The notes under the pieces are model-generated. The model saw only the letters and a program-made list of their open reading frames with translations, had not been told where the DNA came from and did no database searches. The translations under genes were made by a program, and so were the position numbers. A stretch of 64,000 nt of DNA, from positions 163,960 through 227,959 of the forward strand of contig CAWJTV010000003.1 in the NCBI GenBank assembly GCA_963845755.1, written 5' to 3'. The DNA comes from an uncultured Planctomycetota bacterium. GTDB lineage: Bacteria > Planctomycetota > Planctomycetia > Isosphaerales > Isosphaeraceae. Shown one piece after another: positions 57,218 to 64,000 of the stretch. Position 1 is the stretch's first letter; the number at the start of each line of letters is the position of its first letter.

Positions 57218-58213
57218 CTATTTCTTTCTTGGCCTGGCCGTCCTCATGCCGTCGCGATTGCTCAGGACCGTAGCGAGATCCTTCGTATGGATCGCCTTCA
57301 CGCCGGAGAGGACCGCGGTTCGGGCGGCATCATCGCAAGCCCTTGCCACCTCGGCATGGCTCAATCCACGAGCAGCGACGATGACATCCCTCCATTCTAT
57401 CCCGCCCAGGTCGAACGCGGTGAGGCGATTCTCGATAAGTTCGCGGATCTGCTCGCCGTCGGGCAGCTCGTAGGCGATCACGTCGTCGAAGCGCCGGAAC
57501 AGGGCATCGTCTAACATGTCCATGAAATTTGTGGCCGCGACGACGATGCTTTCTGAGTCGTCCCTCTCGAGGAATTGGAGGAAGGAGTTCAGGACGCGGC
57601 GGATCTCCCCGACGTCGTTGCCGGCCGATCGCATCGCCCCGATCGCGTCGAACTCATCGAAGAGATAGACGCCCCTGGTCTCGCCCATGGCGTCGAAAAC
57701 GTGGTGGAGCTTCGCCGCCGTCTCGCCCATGTACTTCGAGATCAGGCTATGCAACTGGACGAAGAGGAGCGGCAGGCGGCACTCGGCGGCGAGGACCGAA
57801 ACCGTCATCGTCTTGCCGCAACCGGGTGGCCCGACGAGCAGGAGCTTGCGCTTCGGCGCCAGCCCGTGCGCGCGCAGAACGTCACGTTGCCGCTGCTGCA
57901 GGATGATCTCCTCGATCCGCACTCGGACCGAATCCGACAGGACCATGTCGGCCAGTCGGGTCGAAGGATAGGATGCTAGCACGAGACCGGAAAGCTCGCC
58001 CGAAGGGCGGGCGATGGGCACCGCACGAGGGCTTCTTGCCGGCTGCTGGACTCGCCTGGCTTTGTCAACGAGATCGCGGATTTCTTTGGCCAGGCGTTCA
58101 TGGCCTTTGCTCGCCTGGTGCGCGGCGATCTGTAGGGCGACGGAACGGAAGAGATCGTCATCCCCTTCTGAATGGCTCTTGAGTAGCGCCTTGATTTGCT
58201 CTGCGGTAGCCAT
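57218..58213 (-). CDS. ietA: AAA+ ATPase of an ietAS-like system
   Basis: MATAEQIKALLKSH; Walker A GPPGCGKT; Walker B YLFDEFD; AATN; DDALFRRFDD; 5 bp upstream of the protease. Confidence 0.88.
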   Translation of the reverse strand: MATAEQIKALLKSHSEGDDDLFRSVALQIAAHQASKGHERLAKEIRDLVDKARRVQQPARSPRAVPIARPSGELSGLVLASYPSTRLADMVLSDSVRVRIEEIILQQRQRDVLRAHGLAPKRKLLLVGPPGCGKTMTVSVLAAECRLPLLFVQLHSLISKYMGETAAKLHHVFDAMGETRGVYLFDEFDAIGAMRSAGNDVGEIRRVLNSFLQFLERDDSESIVVAATNFMDMLDDALFRRFDDVIAYELPDGEQIRELIENRLTAFDLGGIEWRDVIVAARGLSHAEVARACDDAARTAVLSGVKAIHTKDLATVLSNRDGMRTARPRKK

Positions 58214-58598
58214 CACCCACCTCGCCCGTCTTTTCTAGCAGGATTCCTCTATACATTTTACCCATTTTTCCTGATCGCCATTGAGAATCCGGGTAAAAGC
58301 TTTCTAGATATTTGTTCAGTATATCCCTACAGCGACCGCTTCCCAAGCAAGAAATCCATTCTCCGCTGGCGAAGATGCTTACGAAAGGGGGCAACGACGT
58401 GCAGACACAGGCGGCCATCCTGGCGGCTGAACCGGGAGTCGCCTTATCGTCAAGATCGTCGAAATCGGAAATCCCTACCCGCGTCGGTCGTGATTGCCTG
58501 AGGACGCGGACGGTTCGCTATCTCAATCTCGCATCTCCCACCCGGAGATGCCTTGGTTTCCGCCCGGTCTGAACATCCCGGTAAGACGGCAGCGCGCT

Positions 58599-59010
58599 TG
58601 GTGGCTGGACAGGGTACGGCGTGATTGGCGCGTACGCCCACACCGCTCGGCACGCTGTAAAATGCGCGGAGTGGTGCCGGACCCAAGATGTGGCATGGCG
58701 AAGTTCGCCGCGGACGGGCCGGGCAGGCTTTCGACTTCGGTGAGCCGGGCGTGCTGGACGGGGCCACCGCCAAGTCGCTCGCCGCGGGCCGCCACGGGCC
58801 ACGACAGGTTGGCCAAATCGTCAAGACGAAGCCCCTCAGGCGGAGCTGCTGGCGGATTCTGGATCAGAGCCTGGAGCCCCGCGAGCCCGCTCTTCAAGCA
58901 ATCGGCCACTTGAGCAGCCCGGTACGATCACTGGGCTTTCTCAAGGGTGGGCTAGACAATCCACTTCCCCAGGTGGGAGGTCTTTCACAGGGAGGCCGTG
59001 CGACGGGCGT
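58599..59010 (+). ncRNA. Candidate structured non-coding element, copy A
   Basis: Collinear conserved blocks shared with 61123-61520; positionally conserved hairpins; no shared ORF. Confidence 0.5.
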
Positions 59011-59149
59011 TCCTCGGCATAACGGAGACTCTTGTCGCGAGATTCCCGAAATCGGACGGGGAATCAAGATCGAACAGCGCTGAAACCACCATGCATGGGT
59101 CCGGAGGTTCCGTTGAGAGGCGGGTGCATGATTGGAATCAGGTCGGTGC

Positions 59150-60067
59150 TTATTCGGTCAGGACGCCGAACCGGGTCCACGTCACGGCTGGCCAGTACCT
59201 GTACTGCACGTCGCCGAGCACGTCGCCAAGGGCCACGAAGCCCATCGTGCGGCTGTCGCGCGAATTGTTCCGGTTGTCGCCCAGCACGAAACACATCCCG
59301 TCCGGCACCTTCGCCTTGGGGTAGTCCGGTAACGGCTTCGTGTCGGTGGCGAAGAGAATCCGATAGCGGCGGCCGGCGTTGGTTTCCTCGAATAGTTCCC
59401 CCTTGACCACTTGCGCCGCGGCCCCGAGGCTCGCCCGCGGCGCCGGCTCGCGCGGCAACTGCTGCCCGTTGACGAACACCTCGTTGTCCTTCACCTCGAC
59501 GGTATCGCCGGGCAGCGCGATGACACGCTTGGCCCAGTTCAGCCCCGGCTCCGACGACACGCGAAACACCACCTCGTCGCCGCGGCGCACGAATCGCCTC
59601 TGGTACGTCGTTTTGTTCACCAGAAACCGATCACCGGGGAGCAACGTCGGCACCTCGCTGGCCGTCGGAATCGCAAAGGCCTCGAAGACGCTGCTGCGGA
59701 TGAAGTACAGCGCGCCGGCCGAGTACGTCAGTCCTACTAGGATGAATAGAGCGTAGACTAGCGGATGGTTGTAGTCCATTGACTGGAAGAGATCACGGCC
59801 GCGGCGGGCAAGGCGGAAGGCGTCCACGACCGCAAAGACATAGACCCCCAGCACTGTCAGCAACGCGAGGATCAGGCCGACCAGAACAACGGTCGCGGGT
59901 GGCAACAGGGCGGCCACCACGGTCGCCGGCGCGAACAGCAGCGAGCTGAGGAACATCACCAGGCCGCGGACGATACGGCCGCAGTAAATCTGGCCTAGTC
60001 CGGTGGCGGCAAGCGATAGAATCACGGCGATCAGCGGACTGCGGGCGGGAGCGTTTGGGGTGCTCAA
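59150..60067 (-). CDS. lepB: Signal peptidase I with extra N-terminal TM helices
   Basis: IPTASEVPTLLPGD (Ser), AKRVIALPGD (Lys), GDNRNNSRDSR. Confidence 0.9.
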   Translation of the reverse strand: MSTPNAPARSPLIAVILSLAATGLGQIYCGRIVRGLVMFLSSLLFAPATVVAALLPPATVVLVGLILALLTVLGVYVFAVVDAFRLARRGRDLFQSMDYNHPLVYALFILVGLTYSAGALYFIRSSVFEAFAIPTASEVPTLLPGDRFLVNKTTYQRRFVRRGDEVVFRVSSEPGLNWAKRVIALPGDTVEVKDNEVFVNGQQLPREPAPRASLGAAAQVVKGELFEETNAGRRYRILFATDTKPLPDYPKAKVPDGMCFVLGDNRNNSRDSRTMGFVALGDVLGDVQYRYWPAVTWTRFGVLTE

Positions 60068-60092
60068 GAGAAAACCTCATTATTCACGGAGT

Positions 60093-60323
60093 TCACTGGA
60101 CGAAAAAGACCGCAACAACGGCCACCATGCGGTACAGGCAGGCGAGGCACGCCAGGATGCAGGCGGCGACGCGCACGGCGGGTGAGGACTGCAGCAGGAC
60201 CAGGACGCCCTTCGAGGACGGCAGCGGTTCTCGGCGGACGGCGTCCATGACGCGGTCAGCGAAGTCAGCGGGCGCCTCGGCATCAGCCCGTTGTATCCAC
60301 AGGTTGTAAAGTTCGTCGTTCAT
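60093..60323 (-). CDS. Putative small single-TM anti-sigma factor
   Basis: 76 aa; ATGA overlap with the sigma stop; APADFADRVM motif followed by a hydrophobic C-terminus. Confidence 0.65.
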   Translation of the reverse strand: MNDELYNLWIQRADAEAPADFADRVMDAVRREPLPSSKGVLVLLQSSPAVRVAACILACLACLYRMVAVVAVFFVQ

Positions 60324-60862
60324 GAGTGCGGCTCGGCGGCGTGACGGAGGAGACAGCGAAGTTTCTCACGGGCCCTGGCGATTCGCGACTTCACAGTGCC
60401 CACGCCGACGCCCTCGATCCGACCGACCTCCTCGTAGGAAAGACCTTGCAGATGCGCGAGCACGAAGGCGGAACGCTGCTCGAACGGCAGGGCGTCGAGG
60501 GCCGCGTCGAGCTGGCGGAATAGTTCCGCTTCCGAGGCCGCCCGCTCGGGCGACCGCAGATCGACGACGTCCGGCAGTTCGGCGCCCACGACCGGCCGCC
60601 GGCGGGCGAGTTCGTTGCGGCAGCGGTTGCGGGCGATGGTGAACAGCCAGGTCGAGAATGCCGACCGCCTTGGGTCGAACGATGCCAGGCAGCGGAACGC
60701 GGCCAGGAACACCTCCTGGGCGACTCCCTCGTGGTCGGTGTCGGGCGGCGTCAGCTTGCGGACCAGTGTCAACAGCGGCCGCTGGTAGCGCTCCACGATG
60801 CGGCGGAACGACTCGACGTCTGCCGCCAGCACCCGCCGGATCGCATCGAGGTCATCGTTCAT
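60320..60862 (-). CDS. ECF sigma-70 factor
   Basis: AQEVFLAAF, FSTWLFTIARNRC, GTVKSRIARAREKL; ATG at 60862. Confidence 0.93.
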   Translation of the reverse strand: MNDDLDAIRRVLAADVESFRRIVERYQRPLLTLVRKLTPPDTDHEGVAQEVFLAAFRCLASFDPRRSAFSTWLFTIARNRCRNELARRRPVVGAELPDVVDLRSPERAASEAELFRQLDAALDALPFEQRSAFVLAHLQGLSYEEVGRIEGVGVGTVKSRIARAREKLRCLLRHAAEPHS

Positions 60863-60900
60863 GGCGCCCTGCCCTGCGGCACTGAAATCACGCTGAGAGG

Positions 60901-60928
60901 TTATACAGCCGGGCCCGGAAAAAGTTCC
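60901..60928 (-). promoter_or_regulatory. Autoregulatory ECF promoter GGAACT-N16-GTATAA
   Basis: Classic ECF -35 AAC / -10 GT arrangement about 40 bp upstream of the sigma start. Confidence 0.65.
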
Positions 60929-61122
60929 CCCGGCCTCGAGGGGCCCCGAAGCATCCACAAATGACTTAACCACTCGGTCGTAGGAGGTTACGTTGCACGC
61001 GCTGGTTCGACACGCCACGGGCGTGGGAACAGACCAAGGACTCTGCCGGCGGCCCGGGATCATCGAAAGTGCGGCAGAACCGGATTCGGAGCCAGTTTCG
61101 ATCGTGAAGCCGGAGCCACCTG

Positions 61123-61885
61123 TGGCGGCTGGACAAGGTTCAGGAAGCCAGGCGCGTACAACCACACCGCTCGGCACGCAGTGGAGTGGCGGAGTGACGT
61201 GGGGCGCGGGATGTGGCGTGGCGGCATGTCACCGATCGGTTCCGGGGCACGGACGAGGCCGGTGAAGGGTGTCGTCGTGGGCTGGGCCACCGCCGAGTCG
61301 CCCGCCGCAGGCTGCGGTGCTGGCCGCGACAGGATGACCCGCGTGCTCAGTCGAAGCTCGTAGGTAAGCCGCTGGCGGCGCTGGATCAGGGCCTGGGGCC
61401 GTGATGAGCCTGTTACGGACGATCCGGCCGCTTGAGCAGGCGACTATCCGCTCAAGGGTGGGCCGGACATCCCAGCCGTTCACGACGGCTGCTTTCACTG
61501 TGCTCGTTCGCGCGGGTGCCGGCTCGAGACCGGATCGACGACGCCACGTGCTGGGCGAGTCGGACGGCTCGCTTCACATCGCTGGCTCCTTTGAGAAGAC
61601 GCGCTGCCCGTGGTTCCTCAGTCCATCGAACAAGGCCCTGGCCACAGCGCCGTTCCCTTCGGGATGGTCGGCCGTTTTCCTGAAGCCCCAGATTTCGTGC
61701 TCAAGCCGAAAGGTCGGGCTTTCCGACGGCTAAGGACCATGTTCAACGACGTCTGGGCCGCGCTTGTTGATGAGCCGATGTCCCAGCTCCACGGGTGCGC
61801 AACACGGCTCTTGAAGTTGCTCGGTCCAGAATAACACCCGGGCACATGGGCATAAGGCGTTGCCAGAGCAAAATGGCGCTTAGCG
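61123..61885 (+). ncRNA. Candidate structured non-coding element, copy B (homology to about 61520; hairpin-rich extension to about 61885)
   Basis: See copy A; further hairpins at 61650-61667, 61704-61731, 61772-61810 and 61818-61844. Confidence 0.5.
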
Positions 61886-61889
61886 GAGC

Positions 61890-61982
61890 GTGATGATCGA
61901 AGACTGCGGTCACTACCTCGCCGAGGAGCGGCCGGACCGGCTTCTCGACGAGTTGTTGCGGTTCTTTAAGGAAGCGACCTGA
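61890..61982 (+). pseudogene. C-terminal remnant of an alpha/beta hydrolase
   Basis: VMIEDCGHYLAEERPDRLLDELLRFF*, a catalytic-His motif with no upstream body. Confidence 0.65.
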
Positions 61983-62146
61983 CCGACAAGAGCTGAGGCG
62001 TGCCGGCAAGAACCGCAGTCGGAATACAATGACGAAGAGATAGGACATGAAGACATCCTGCCATCCTTTCGCGCATGATTGGCAGATTGTCGCCATGCAA
62101 CAGGCTGTTTTTCATTCCCGTCCCGTCTTTCTCCAAAGAAATGTCC

Positions 62147-63575
62147 CTAGACCGACAATCCTCAATTGAGACACCAACAGGTCTGATGACCCGGCTAGAA
62201 TTACCCGGATTCGCTAGCTTCGCAACCACCAGGGAGGCTCTCGCCATGCCGGGCAAGACGGCCAAGGTCACCATCACCGAACGTCAACACGATCTCCTGG
62301 AGACGATCCACAAGGCCCCCACCGCCTCGTCTCAACTCCGCCAGCGTGCGGCCATCATCCTCTGGGCCTTCCAGAAGCGGGACAACGCGGAGATCGCCGC
62401 CGCAGATCGGGCTGTCGCGGCGGCAGGTCAGCACCTGGCGACGACGTTGGGCCGATGCCTGGGAGCGGCTCATCCGCATCGAGCGCACCGAGACCTACGC
62501 CGCGTTGCCGCCGGGCCGTCGAGCAGGTCCTCCGCGACGAGCCCCGCGCCGGCTCCTCCGGCAAGTTCACTCCCGAGCAGGTCGTGGCGATCCTGGCACT
62601 GGGCCTGCGAGCCCCCGGAGAAGTCCGGCCGGCCGATCACTCACTGGACGGCCAAGGAGTTGGCCGACGAGGCCATCAAGCGCGGCATCGTGCCCTCGAT
62701 CTCGGTCACTCAAGTGGGTCGCTATCTCCGCGAGGCCGCCTTGCAGCCGCACAAGAAGCGGTATTGGCTCAACACCCGCGAGAAAGATCCGGTGGTCTTT
62801 GCGGGGCGGGTCCAGGCGGTCTGTGACACCTACCAGGAGGTGCCGGCCCTGGCGAGGGACCAGGGGACGCACACCGTCAGCACCGATGAGATGACCGGGT
62901 TGCAAGCGCTGGAGCGGAGTGCCCCCGATCAGCCGATGACCTACGGGAGGCCCGAGCGGATCGAGGCCGAATATACGCGGCATGGGACGCTGACTCTGAT
63001 CGGCAACTTCGACGTGACGACCGGCGAGTTGATCACCCCCACGATCGGCCCGACGCGGACGGAGTTGGATTTCGTCGAACACATCGCGCACACGGTGGCG
63101 ACCGACCCGGAGGCGGGGTGGATCTTCGTGGTGGATAATTTGAACATCCATGGCTCGGAGATGCTGGTGCGGTTGGTGGCCAAGGCGTGCGGGATCGCGG
63201 AGCCGTTGGGGAGGAAGAACGTGTCGCGGGATCCTCGAAGTCGGTGGCCAGCCGGCAAGCGTTCCTGTCGGAGAAGGGCCACCGGATCCGGTTCGTGTAC
63301 ACGCCGAAGCACAGTTCGTGGCTGAACCAGATCGAGACGGTCTTCGGAGTAATCATGAGGAAGGTGATTCGGCGCGGCTCGTTCAGTTCGGTGGACGACC
63401 TGCAGAGCAAGCTGTGGAACTTCATCGCGTATTTCAATCGGGTGTTTGCCAAGCCGTTCCACTGGACCTACACCGGTCGCCCGCTGCGGGTGAAGGTGGC
63501 GTGAAAAGAGGCAAAGGACCAAGGATGGAGAAGCCACCTTGCTCATGCTCACTCAATTGAGGATTGTCGGTCTAG
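62147..63575 (+). mobile_element. IS630-family insertion sequence
   Basis: Perfect 24-bp inverted ends CTAGACCGACAATCCTCAATTGAG (62147-62170 / 63552-63575), including the CTAG target. Confidence 0.92.
62246..63504 (+). CDS. IS630-family transposase (several frameshifts)
   Basis: STDEMTG, EYTRHGT, VVDNLNIH and YTPKHSSWLNQIE motifs. Confidence 0.88.
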
Positions 63576-64000
63576 CCTGGATTCCCATGGAGGCAGATTG
63601 GGCTAACATTTGTTGCCGCATGATTGGAAAAAAGCCCGCGATACTCAGCTTTTCGCCTCGGAACTGGTTATGCTCCTCCAAGAGTTAAAGGTGGGTCTCC
63701 CACTAAGTTAACTTGATCACCATGGATGATATGTTCGTCGATCGAATCTCACTTCCTCCTGGAAAACAAGGGGTTCTTGCGACAAATCTATCGAATTCAC
63801 CACAGTGGATGCATTGAGTTGACACCGTGGATGCTCTTTTTTTCAGTTTACGGATCACCTAACATCGAGAGAGGCGTTTCGATGAGCCGTTTCAAGCCAG
63901 AACCACTTGAAATCCAGGGGAAAACCCACTTCGACGAATTTTGCTTCGTTTATGGATTGCGTCTTAGCCTACCCCGTTTTTGCCTCCATGGGAATCCAGG
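63576..64000. mobile_element. Putative MITE / non-autonomous element
   Basis: Perfect 20-bp inverted repeat CCTGGATTCCCATGGAGGCA (63576-63595 / 63981-64000) around an AT-rich interior with no transposase. Confidence 0.7.

Noticed and set aside
59126..63630. GCATGATTGG occurring three times (about 59126, 62073, 63618)
   Set aside because: Only 10 bp, with no consistent context.

Overview
High-GC window that looks like a planctomycete, probably Isosphaeraceae-like. This is inferred from LEPR-XLL proteins, a PEP-CTERM protein and ECF sigma/Ser-Thr kinase pairs. Positions 1-36000 are an almost entirely minus-strand signalling and surface locus: four ECF sigma genes (one with an internal stop, two near-identical paralogues), two membrane Hanks-type kinases (WD40/TPR and TPR) and two giant tandem FG-GAP/beta-helix surface proteins. 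Several short chimeric minigenes left by deletions lie between them, and an IS4 sits inside a GTAG REP palindrome. At about 36000-36900 is a relic integron-cassette array with attC-like sites, an intact antitoxin and a dead toxin. The middle carries a TPR membrane protein, amidohydrolase, PEP-CTERM, SPINDLY-like O-GlcNAc transferase, HEAT-repeat and Ntn-hydrolase/EF-hand genes. The right end has a second IS4, an AAA-ATPase/S8-protease (ietAS-like) defence pair, an ECF/anti-sigma/signal peptidase cassette, an IS630 and an abutting MITE. The strongest unexplained signal is a non-coding element of at least 400 nt present as two diverged collinear copies (about 58600-59010 and 61123-61520, possibly to 61885). 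Its hairpins are conserved in position but not in sequence, which makes it a candidate large structured ncRNA. Many single-base frameshifts suggest uncorrected long-read errors, so split ORFs are not automatically pseudogenes. All calls come from manual reading; no searches were run.
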